A stretch of DNA of 64,000 nt from Rhodosorus marinus CCMP1338 (Eukaryota; Plantae; Rhodophyta). How positions within the stretch are numbered: the first letter of the stretch is position 1; every line of letters begins with the position of its first letter. The DNA is taken from the NCBI GenBank assembly GCA_029953675.1, contig JAMWBK010000003.1, positions 992,001 to 1,056,000 of the forward strand. Direction: 5' to 3'. Below are positions 1 through 10,907 of this stretch, in pieces. The notes under the pieces were generated by a model that made no database searches, was not told where the DNA came from, and saw only the letters and a list, made by a program, of their open reading frames with translations. The translations under genes were made by a program, and so were the position numbers.

Positions 1-24
1 ATAATCTGAAACGCTTGCTGGCAG

Positions 25-512
25 GCGGTGATTCCGTGTGGTCTGATAGATTCCTTGCGAGTCACGCTGCTCTAATCTACTATTGGTACGTGAGCGATCG
101 TTTCTTCTAGTCTACACACTCGGGCCTTACGTGCATTCTCACCCACAGGGTGCTGGTGTTGACGTACTTTTTGTCGCCGTCGATGTCATACAATTTCTCC
201 GAACTTCTCGAGAACCACGCCGTAGACACGTACGGGGAGTTCATAGACGAAAACGAGGAACAGCTGAAGACCTTGCCAGCACCAGATGTAGCGAGGCAGT
301 ATTACGAGAATGGGGATTTGTACTTGTTCGATACGTTCCAAACGGCGGTCCCTCTCGCAACTCGTAGGCCGAAGTGTGATGACCTTTACGACGTGTTTTG
401 CAACATTTTCCGAGACGAGCAGGAGCACGTGAAGACCATGGAAGCCTGTTCCGATTACACCAAGCTCGGAATATTTATTCAGAGCCCACATCAGCGCTTC
501 TACCAAGGGTAA
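25..512 (+). CDS. PTOX: Plastid terminal oxidase, copy 1 (3' part only; 5' exons lie before the window)
   Basis: Exons 25-85 and 149-512 splice to GGDSVWSDRFLASHAALIYYW-VLVLTYFLSP...LENHAVDTY...GDLYLFDTFQT...RRP..DLYDVFCNIFRDEQEHVKTM. This carries the PTOX/IMMUTANS diiron ligands (ExHA..TY, DE.EH). Confidence 0.93.
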
Positions 513-588
513 GGCATACGGGGATGAGGATCGGTCTTTGGGTTTCCCTGGCTAACGAGACCATGCATCTTTTGTGGGCGGTGCAGAC

Positions 589-672
589 TGAAGGCAGAAG
601 TGAAGGCAGAAGTGAAGGCAGAAGTGAAGGCAGAAGTGAAGGCAGAAGTGAAGGAAGAAGAGAAGGAAGAAG
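589..672. repeat. 12-bp tandem repeat (TGAAGGCAGAAG) x5 plus 2 degenerate copies
   Basis: Read directly; lies just downstream of the PTOX1 stop codon. Confidence 0.95.
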
Positions 673-1787
673 AGAAGCAAGGGGAGGAGAGAGAGACACA
701 AACAAAACCGCCCGCCCTCATGAGAGACGAGCGGCAAAAGTTCGAAGATGGAATGGGGCTATAATATAGAGAGATTCAAAAAAAATTTGACAGAAGTCCA
801 CCGGTTGGTCGCTTCCGCAAATTTTCGGCAAGGAAGAAAAGGCTCGAAGGATGAACTGGCCACGACATAATCACAGACAACCAAAAAAAGGGGATCTTAT
901 GGGCCTCATCCTAGACGGCGCATACTGAAGCCGATGAACCGGCATGTATCGTCGACGACCCCGCATTGAGGATCCAGTCATACACCCTCTCCTCCCCATA
1001 GTGCTCATCATGATCCAAATTGACTAGCAGATCGCCAGTTGCGAGGCTACCCGCCATAATTCCAATGTCCAATCGTCGCCTCCAAAACCCGTTCTCGTCA
1101 AGGCAGATATCCAGATCCTGAACAGCTATTTCCAAAATCAATCAACACCTTTTAAATACGATTGAAGGCAATGATTACCAAAGTCGATTTTGGGATACTT
1201 TTTTTGATCCAGATATTCAATCACACGGATATTTTGTCTTATGAATGCTTTTAATATACCAGAGAATCAACCAAAAAAATTGCAAGGAGGGCGCGATTAT
1301 TTTTGATTGAATATTGTGTATGGGACAATCATTATTATGCATGACATTGTTTTTATAAAGATTTACGATTACTACAAGTTATTTGTTTTTGGGAAGTTAT
1401 TTTGAGGAAAATTCGAACGGATGCTGTTTTTTATTTCGAAAACTTTGAAAATGCCGCCTACGGCTTAAAATTTGATTTTGGTCTTCGGAGTGTTTTGTTT
1501 TTTTTCCTGAGAATTTTGGTTGCAGACGAAAAAGGGTAATTTTGGATGTTCGAAAGCATCCAACCTTCTTTTTTGATGTCTTTTGAGCACATATGGGTGG
1601 CGGAACTAGGAGTATCGAATTTGCGCCATTTTCGATGGATTTTTCGAGAATGGCTGGGTGGCGGTTGGATGCATTGAGAGGGTTTTTGGATGTCTGTTTA
1701 GGGTATTGGGAGGCGGTCTTGGATGCTTATAAGTCCTCAAGGTTTGGATGGAGGTGTCAATGAGGGTGGTAGGTTTGTCTATTTGGG

Positions 1788-1898
1788 GTGAGGTGGGCTA
1801 AGAGGCGAAGTTTTAACGAGAGGTGTGAGGTGGGCTAAGAGGCGAAGTTTTAACGAGAGGTGTGAGGTGGGCTAGGAGGCGAAGTTTTAACGAGAGGT
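1788..1898. repeat. 37-bp tandem repeat x3 immediately upstream of PTOX2
   Basis: Unit GTGAGGTGGGCTAAGAGGCGAAGTTTTAACGAGAGGT at 1788, 1825 and 1862 (one mismatch); ends about 25 nt before ATG 1923. Confidence 0.95.
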
Positions 1899-1922
1899 GT
1901 GGGGTTGGGTGAATGTGACAGA

Positions 1923-3295
1923 ATGGTTGAGTGTTGCTTTGTTCCGCTTGGTGGAGGTCTGAATGGGGTGAGGAGGAGGAATCAGGGCGTGAGGGTTTGC
2001 TCGCGTGTCGTTCCGACGGCTGTGGCAAAGATGCCGAAGATTGGAGATTTCTCCCAAATGGACGAACATGGATTCAAGCTTATCAATTTGAGGGAGAGGA
2101 AGAAGCTCAACAAGCCAGGTTCCGCCTTTCAGATTGGCGGGAAGTACTTCATGAGGGAGCTTAATGGAATCTACTCGCAGCTCGCCGATGAGTTCAACGT
2201 CTTACTGGGTGGCAGGAGGAGGTTGAGTATATCGGAGAAGCTTCAGTTCACTCTTGACGATGAGAAGGTATTTATTTTCTCGTGGGAACACGCTTTCTGG
2301 AATATCAAAGATCCTTACGTTGCTCGATAATTTTCCGCGTTTTGCAGGTGAAGGCCATGGAATTAGCGCGCGAGGAGGAAACGCAAACGCTTTCCAGCAG
2401 TTCATTTATTTCGAGATCTATCTACCAATGCACATGCATGTTCCTTGACGTTTTGTTTGTCAACCGTCCAATTCCAAGGTATGCTCCTTCCAGGTGAGAC
2501 TTTCGAGCAGGAGCGGTGGAGTATCTAACAACAGCTGCGTCTCCATGACTCGTATTCCAGATTCTGGCTCCTGGAAACCGTTGCGAGAATGCCCTACTTT
2601 GCCTACCTCTCCGTATTGCACCTTTACGAAACGTTTGGTTGGTGGCATGTATCTGAACTGAGAAAAATCCATTTCGCTGAGGATTGGAATGAGCTTCACC
2701 ATCTACTGATAATGGAGGCGCTCGGTAGGTGACCAATCAATGACAGGTGTTTCCGATGTTCGCACTAACCAACGATTCACATTGATGACTTGTTCTAGGA
2801 GGTGATGCGCTGTGGTCAGATCGTTTTCTCGCTAATCATGCAGCCATCGTGTACTACTGGTTAGTGTCTCAGCATTCTTGGTCTCGACGCCCTCACCTTC
2901 TAACAAGTTGCCGGGACTTTTCGGCGATCAACAGGATACTCGTTATCACATATTTTCTTTCCCCGTCAACATCGTACAAATTTTCCGAGCTTGTGGAAAA
3001 CCACGCCGCAGATACCTATGAGCAATTCTACAAAGAGAACGAGGAGCTCTTGAAGACAATTCCTGCTCCGGACATAGCAAAGCAGTACTACGAGAGAGGA
3101 GACCTCTACATGTTTGACGTCTTCCAGACGGAGTCACCACTGGGCTCTCGTAGACCTAATTGCGACAACCTTTACGACGTCTTTGTCAATATTTGGGGGG
3201 ACGAGAAGGAACACGTGAAGACCATGGAAGCCTGTAGTGACTACACGAATATGGGCGAGCTTGTCCAGAGCCCTCACGAGCGCCACTACGGGTAA
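1923..3295 (+). CDS. PTOX: Plastid terminal oxidase, copy 2 (complete, 5 exons, plastid transit peptide)
   Basis: Exons 1923-2267, 2348-2478, 2561-2724, 2799-2859, 2935-3295. Motifs [51 protein letters not shown]-terminus [12 protein letters not shown] is transit-peptide-like. Confidence 0.95.
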
Positions 3296-4740
3296 GAAGC
3301 ACAACCCGTGCTAGTTTAGGCGCAGTGTATCCCACTGGCTGCTTCTAGAAAAACTAACTGCTCCGATTATGTTGCTGCTTTCTAGGTTTAACGATGACCT
3401 GCTATATCCGCATGACATTGATGGAGAGTGAATGTACGACAAGAGCCTCTTGTAGTTGAAAAGAATGTGAGACAGGATCTTAAGAGAAGGAGTTGAAAGA
3501 CTGGGGATGGGAATTGGTCAAGGGTGACCATATTGAGTATTGCATGTACAATAAGTTAAAAGTGTAAAAAGAACAGTGCTTCAAACGTGAAATCGCCAAG
3601 CCCTCGACGGAGGCCCTACAACTCACGAGCTGAGGGCAGTACAGAAAAGACATACGGATGTAGGAAAGCTAGGGAAAACACAGGATCCTTGCGATGGAAT
3701 GTAAACAACGCAGTTGCTGAACTCATGCTTCGGCACCGGATTCACACTTTCAATTTCCTTCGCTGACGACAGTACCACCAACACGAGTTTATACACCTCA
3801 TGTCGCTGAACCCGTCATAATCAGGTCCCCCACGTCATGTTTTAAACTTATGGAAGAGAAATTTCTCCAAAAATAAATAAATTACAAGCTATGCGTCTAG
3901 AATAGAGATTGATAGTACTTGAAGGACGTAATGGTCCAATCCAGCGGTTCTGACTCCAAGTTCTCCTTGAATTCGAATCTGTTTTATCAATCATTTGTCA
4001 TAAAATACCCTTCGATTTCTTCTAAATAATCGCAATAAATGATTGTATCAATCAATATTCTGCGACAGTGGAATTCAGGATACTGAAGAAATCCCGTCTT
4101 TTTTCGAATTAGAACGATTTCTTGGAATAATTCACGTATTACAATCTTCAGCTTATCCCGTTGACACGTCATATACCCCCCCCAGTATTCGAGTTGGGGA
4201 TAACCTGGAAGCTTGTAATTTCATTCGAATCTCTATTCGCGTTAATCACATCAGTCCCGCAAAGGGTGGGAATCTGCTGGATTTCATTTCTCACGGACCC
4301 ACCCACATCCCCCCCCCCCTCCAAGTCTCAACTGACATTCGAATTGAATATTCGTACTACCTTCTGTTCCATTCGCTTACACCTCGTATTCAAGGCAATT
4401 TTCAACCAAAACTTGAATCACAACCCAAAACCACGCTTTTCAGAGGGGTACGGTTTGCTGTCCAAGCACCCTGACATAAGCGTACCAAGTGGTAAGAAGA
4501 ATGCTCTAAAAAAGAAAATCTGGGTTTATTTTCTTGTTGTAATTTTTTCAAGATACCACTGACTGCTTGAATTTTTAGTTTTTTTTTGTTTGCATGTGAA
4601 GTCTTATGTCTTCTTTCTTTTTGGGGTTTTGGGTGAAATGTTTTTGTACTGGGCAGATATCGTCTATATAAATGACTTTGGGATGGGCCTAGTGATCGGA
4701 AGCATAGCGGGGGGAGGGAAATGTGCGTTAGAATTCTGTA

Positions 4741-4782
4741 GTGGAGTTTGCTGTGTGGAGTTTGCTGTGTGGAGTTTGCTGG
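4741..4782. repeat. 14-bp tandem repeat (GTGGAGTTTGCTGT) x3 upstream of VPS2
   Basis: Read directly. Confidence 0.9.
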
Positions 4783-5004
4783 GTGAAGAGTCTGGTTTAG
4801 GTTGAGATCGTATGTTTTGAGTGGTTCTGGGGAGGAGACGGGGAGGAGAAGGGGCCGCCGGGGGGGGGAGGGGGAGGGGGAGGGGGACGTAGAGATTTGG
4901 ATTGGGGTGTGCGGTGTGTTTGATTTTTATTGATTTGTAGGGGCGGGGAAGAAGGGTTTTTGCTGTGTGATCTAGAGCGTTTGGGGGGGGGGGGCGAAAG
5001 AGAC

Positions 5005-6019
5005 ATGGGAATTTTCAGTAAGAAGAAGGATATGGAGCCGCCACCACCACCTCCACCGCCACCACCAACGACGAAGGAGTTGGCGAGGCAGTACAAGAGG
5101 TAGGTTGATTATAATGAGGATGGTTTGCGTGATGTGCGTTGGGCCGGTGCTGATTTTCGTCGCTATGTTTTGCTATGTGTGAATTCAGGGAAATTGATCG
5201 GTCGATCAGGGAGCTGGACAGAGAACGTGCGAAGATGGAACAGCAGGAAAGACAGATTCAGGTATGTCGGGAGACGCGCTGTGGATAAATCAATTGATAT
5301 GGTTGTGCTTACCCAAGAGTGTCTTTTCCAGGCTCAAATTAAGAAAGCAGCTCGGGACGGTGAAATGGAGAACGCGAGGATGCTGGCCAAGGATCTTGTC
5401 CGCTCCCGGAATATGAGGACAAAGATTAACCGCATGAAGACCCAAATGCAGGGTGTGTCTATGCAGTTGACCACCATGACGACATCTCAGGTATGGTGTA
5501 TCGGAAATTTTGTTTGTATCGGAACAAGACGTCATTGACAATACGTTTGACTCGTTTTCGCTTCGAGCAGAATATGGCCAATATCATGGGAGGCGTTGTT
5601 AAGGCCATGGGTGTCATGAACAAGCAAATGGATCTCCCGTCAATGCAGAAGGTGATCATGGAATATGAGAAACAAAGTGGCATGATGGATATGACTCAAG
5701 AAATGTAAGGCCGTGAAGACGCCACTGGCACCTTCAACAAGGCAGCAAACAATTTGTAATCGTTCGGGCATTAACGCGTGTTTGAAAACTCACTGGTTCC
5801 CTGCCTTTCGATGAATACAGGATGGATGATGCTCTGGACGATATGGGAATGGAAGACGAGGAGGAGTCTCAGGAGGTCATTGATAAGGTCCTCGACGAGC
5901 TGAACATTGAGAGGTCCGTGGAGATTGGCAGTTCAGTACCAGCTACGCAAGCACAGGCTGGCGCAGCTCCTGTACAAGAAGATGACCTCATGGAAAGATT
6001 GGAGAACCTGAAGAAGTAG
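5005..6019 (+). CDS. VPS2: ESCRT-III subunit VPS2/CHMP2 (5 exons)
   Basis: Spliced product MGIFSKKKDMEPPPP...REIDRSIRELDRERAKMEQQERQIQAQIKKAARDGEM..LAKDLVRSR..MKTQMQGVSMQL..MDLPSMQKVIMEYEKQSGMMDMTQEMMDDALDD..DDLMERLENLKK is a Snf7-family protein with a C-terminal MIM1. Confidence 0.93.
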
Positions 6020-6458
6020 GGGCAAATTTTTGCCGTTCGTACATGGTTGAATAGCGATGGAACGAATCAGACAAGTGAAGACCCAGTCTGGAACTCGAGC
6101 GGAGACTGTCAATGCTGTTCTAAGCATAGTTGTCCAACGTGCATCCAGCATCGTAAATTTTTTGTCTATTAGCACTGAAGGTTTTTGTCGAGCTAAGCAT
6201 ATATTGGTATATTAAAACTCGTGCATTCTGCGGGGCCGAAAATGATTTTCCGTTTCTTTCGTTTCTGCGAATCCGTGTGGGACACGATTCCCTTTTCGCT
6301 TATCGAGTGTCCCCCATCAACCCAACCCTCTGCTTCCCGACCATTGAGGGATGCAGTATTTCCTGATGTGGCCTGCACTGTGTATGGCAAGGAGGAAACT
6401 ATGATATATAGCTCACAAGATGTTTTTAAACCGAAAAAAGAGAAACACTTATTTAATT

Positions 6459-7713
6459 TTACATATGGGTCTTGCCAAATAGAATTTCGTTCACTTTCAC
6501 TGCCCTATTCTCCTTCAAGGACTTGGTTGCCGCGAAAGCAAGAACGACCGGGATTTTTCCATCCATTCCCGTTACTACTGGGGGCGTGTCGTTGGCAATA
6601 CAATCCACAAAGGAAATCATCTCATCCTCGTATGCTTGCTTGTATCTGTCCATGAAAAAGTTCAGCGGCAAATCCCGCCTGATATTGTTGGCGCCGGAGA
6701 TGGTGGCAGTGTTCGGATAGTTATTATTAATGTCCACTGCTCCCTCAGATCCCAAAACTTCCAGGCGCTGATCATATCCGTACACAGCCTTGCGGCAACA
6801 CTGGATAACACCAATTGCTCCGTTCTCAAATTTCAGCGACACAATTGCTGTTGTGATGTCCCCAATGGCGGCAATCTCCTTGTCAAATGAAGTCGCCGTG
6901 GCCGTAACTTCAGTAATCTCACTGCCAACTACGAACCGAGCCATGTCGAAATCGTGTGTCATCATGTCAAAGAAAAGTCCGCCAGACTGCTTCAAGTACG
7001 CGAGCGGTGGCGGCGCCGGATCGAATGATTTGATGTTCAGCATGAACGGCTCTCCAATTTCACCTGAGCCAGCAAAGAAAAGACGATTTCATTAATTCCC
7101 AATCTCTATAGACTGCACAAACAGACAATCACCTTGCTTCCCCAAAATGCCAACTTACCCCCTTGAACCGCTTGTCGGACTCGCTGGAAGTTTGCGTCAA
7201 AACGTCTCTGGAATCCAAGCTGGAATTTCACTCCGGATTGCGCAACAGTCGCAAGTGCCTCATCGATTCTCTTCAGGTTGTAGTCGATTGGCTTCTCGCA
7301 GAAAATGTGCTTTCCAGCTTTCGCTGCTCCCAGTATAATCTCATGGTGCGTGTCCGACGGTGAGCAGATGATTACACCATCCACAGCTGGGTTCCTTATC
7401 ACATCCTTCCAGTCCTGTTCAGCGCGGCACGACCAAGCAGAAAACATAATTAGCAACGGCTCGAAAGGAGACGGCAACAAGCGCAAACACTGCAAGCAAG
7501 AAGCAAACCTACCTGAACAGCGGACGGAATGCCAAACTTCTGCGCGCAGGCCTCAGCCGCCTTGACAAAGAAATCAGCGACAATCACGACTTCCGCCTTG
7601 GGGTTTCTCGACAGAGCCAAACAGTGCACTTGTCCAATGCGCCCAGCGCCGATGATCCCAAGCCTAACTTTTCCACGGGTGGCCATCATCCCGATGTCAG
7701 TTGCGTATACCAT
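6459..7713 (-). CDS. iolG: Bacterial-type myo-inositol 2-dehydrogenase (Gfo/Idh/MocA family), 3 exons
   Basis: Motifs LGIIGAGRIG, HIFCEKP, GFQRRFDANF, SFDPAPPP, SGGLFFDMMTHDFDMARF, YGYDQRLEVLGS, FFMDRY..AY. Two GT-AG introns. Confidence 0.88.
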
Positions 7714-9799
7714 CTTGCTTGAAGAAAATAAAGTGCAGAAGAACAAAAGCTCTACGATCGTTCACAGCTTCTATCTCTCGATCCCAAAATCTCCCACTAC
7801 TCAAGGATCCTTGAGCTTTCCCCTTCCCCCATCGACTCTGGCCCTAAGATCCCATCCCACGTTCTCTTATATAGACACTACCCTGCCAGTTCAAACGTCC
7901 TACGTCCTGATACCAGACTCGCTCCGAAGACCGCACTGAGTTACCTGTCGTCCAGTAAAATGAAAAAATTGTCACCCCATCCAATCTCTTCCGATAATTT
8001 TGATTTCCTCCTTACTTTTTTTTTTGCCTTTTTTTTTCCCATCGATGGGGCAATTTTTCACAAAAATTTTGATCTTTTCGTGGAACTAGAAAAATTCTCT
8101 CCAAGGGAGAAAATTAGAAAAAAAGGAAGAGGTAATAGGCTCCAACAGGCGAAAAAAAAAAATCTCCGAAAAGGGGGGTGGGAAAGGGGGGGGGGGAGAT
8201 AGAAAATCCCCTCACTTTACCCAGTCCAGAAAAAATATCTTCCGTTTCAACGGATTATTTTCCTAAAACTTAATTTTGCAATGCATGTCCGAGATGGTAA
8301 AAAAGCAAAAGAAAAATTACCCCACCCTTGGCCAACAACCCTCAACCTCACAATAAAAATCCCAAAACCTTTCCGGACAGAATAGGTTCTTTTAGATCCT
8401 TTATGCCCAAAATTGTCCGTTTTGAGTGCGGAAATAATATCTATACAAGTATGAGCTTGAAAAAGGATCTAAAAGGGCCTTTTTATGGGAGATATGTCGA
8501 CTTAAATTCCCCGCCATGTAAATTCTTTCGAAAATACTGGACAGTTAATGCCCAACAGTCCAAAAAATTCGGAAATACTTGGGAATTATTTTTCCGTAGA
8601 AAACAAGTGGTCCAGAATTGAACGCGTAGTTTTTATACGGAAATTCAAAAATATTTCTATTTACCGGTGGTCAATGAGCGACGGGATCGTCGGCCGTCTT
8701 GCCCCCCTATCAATTTGGATGCTTATTTGCAATATCTGATTTCTACATTAAAACTTGGGGTTCTGGATACACGTTGACTTTTTCGGCTTCTTTGGGGGGG
8801 TGCCGGGATGCGGAAATGGTGGATGGTTTGTGCGTCTGTCTGTACGAGGTGGCTGATGGTGAAGAAGAAGGCGAAGAGAGAGAGAAAGTTGTAGTCAGGG
8901 TTTTTAGAGAAATGGGATCTCTTGTACTTTGAAACAGCAAAATATGATCTCCTTAGATACGTCCTTCTAGAGTTGAACAGAACCCCACATTGGTAGAGTG
9001 GACGCTGTCTTAGGGTTTTGTATTGTTGTTGTTGTTGAGCTTCATCCAGGACTCAAGTTGCCAAAAATACCTCGATATGTACTGTGTGAAGCAGGTGGAT
9101 TCCATTTTCTTCTTCTGTTGATACTTATTGATGAGAGACGGACGTGGGATGAAATGGTTTGCTCAGGATGGTCCAAAATGAGATAGTATCCCACCGCCTA
9201 GATCGAGACAAGTGCATTGCTTGAGATCGGGTTTTCCAAGATTTACAAATGATGAGGAACAGGATTTCATAAACCCTATCAAAAGCCCATTGAGATCTTT
9301 TCGTTGGCGGCTTTCAACAAAACGTTGCAGATATTTTTGGGGTGACGCTTGATGAACCAAGCGGCTTCATCGGAGAGAGATTGGATATGATAAGTCGTGA
9401 TGACATGTGCCCATCGCAAACCCCCCGCCCGACTCCCCGATAAAGAAGACCCGACTGCATTGCATGAGATCGGCTAAATACAATTTTCTTCTGAATCCGT
9501 TGATTAATCTTTTTTTTTTGTTTTAAGCGGTTATTGTGAGCTTTGAGATTGGTTTTGATTGTTAACCAATACATTTTTCCTGTTTCCTGACCGCTGTCGA
9601 GTTACCATCTCTGACATAGAGTTTTTGCGGACGGAAACAAAATATCCCAAAGGCTTTTTCGGGTGGTGGTTAGCAAAAGCTGAATCAGATTCCTTGTTTT
9701 CAGCGGCTTGTAGGGTTTCCGGAGGGAACGCCACGGACATTGTGCGCGGAATGTTTTGATAAAGGAGTCTTCCAGCGGTGGTGCCTCACGTGTCAGGTG

Positions 9800-10250
9800 A
9801 GCAGGGTTTCCTGCGGTAGGGTTCAGAACGAGTCCAGGCCGCTGGCATTCTTGGGTGGGGAGAGTCAGATACGTCTTCCGCCAAAGTTTTCAGAACACTA
9901 GCGCTTCTCGGCTGAGATGTGCCCATGTCAAATGTGCAGGGTTTTCCTGTTGTAGGGTTAAAGACGGAGTTTAGGCAACCGCAGGGCTCAGCGGGGTAGA
10001 GCGAAACGCATGCGTCCTCTGTGTGAGATGTCCTCATGTCAATTTCATTTCTTACGGGTCCATCAACGACCCCCCACAATTCTCAAAGGGTTTCTTCTCC
10101 AGGGTTCGTAACGACTCCAGGAGGGCCCAGGGTTTTGACAAAGAGATTCAGATACGTCCTCCGCTAAAACCATTAATTTAAGAGTGAGATTCCCCAATCG
10201 CCGTGTCAAGGAAGCAGGGTTTCACTCGTAGGGTTCAGAACTGCCCGGCT
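9800..10250. repeat. Degenerate tandem repeat of about 130-150 bp, four AGGGTT...AGGGTT cores
   Basis: Cores CAGGGTTTC-n-TAGGGTTCAGAAC or variants at 9802, 9937, 10086 and 10215. Shared sub-motifs CAGATACGTC.TCCGC and GAGATGT..CATGTCAA. Confidence 0.75.
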
Positions 10251-10907
10251 CTGCATCGCTCCGGCCGGTCGAAAATAGGATCTGGTCTGAAAGCTTCCTC
10301 CAGGGAAAGAGGATTGTAATCCTAGAACAGTGTACTAAGGAGCGATTGGACTGAACGCACTCAGTCAACTTGGTTAGCCTCTTTCTTCTTTTGTTTTAAA
10401 GGAAAAAAAGTGCTCCTGTACGTGGCGCTCAGCATAGACTTGAGAGGATCATATCGACCGACAAGCTTGTGTGGGAGAGCGACTAATGTGAATTTGTGAG
10501 TCACATGCTCACTTCACGTACTGAACATCTAGCACTCTGGACAGAGGTGACAAATTTCTTTTTCGCGGTTGCGTGCCTGGGGTGAGTTTTCGACTTCGTT
10601 CGGTTTCCCGGAACCTTGCGAGTCAGGTCCAATCTCCGCGATGTACACTGCAATGTTTCCGACTTGCTCGCAGGGGAGCAAGTTGCTCTCGTACATATTT
10701 CTTCGCATTGACCTGCACACACGAGCCTCCACTACCTTTTGGAAGGGTCGAGTGCACTTCTGGTGAGAATCGCTTGCAATTAACTGAACTTCTCACGCGA
10801 AAAAATTGAAAAATTGGGACGGGGACACAGCTGAATGAGCACGATTTAAACTATACACTTGCAGCAAATTCCCTTCAGCAGGATTGCCAGTAATCGTATG
10901 TACATCT

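Noticed and set aside
398-769. ORFs with repeated EGRS / LPSL peptides
   Set aside because: They are translations of the 12-bp tandem repeat in the PTOX1 3' flank, not a gene.
3600-4400. Possible minus-strand multi-exon gene (KLKIVIRELFQEIV...EEIEG|FEFKENLESEPLDW)
   Set aside because: Needs a 30-nt intron, the region is AT-rich, and no recognisable homology was found.
8800-9450. Apparent pseudogene with intron-like signals and nonsense codons
   Set aside because: All three plus frames give equally protein-like text, so no frame can be preferred.
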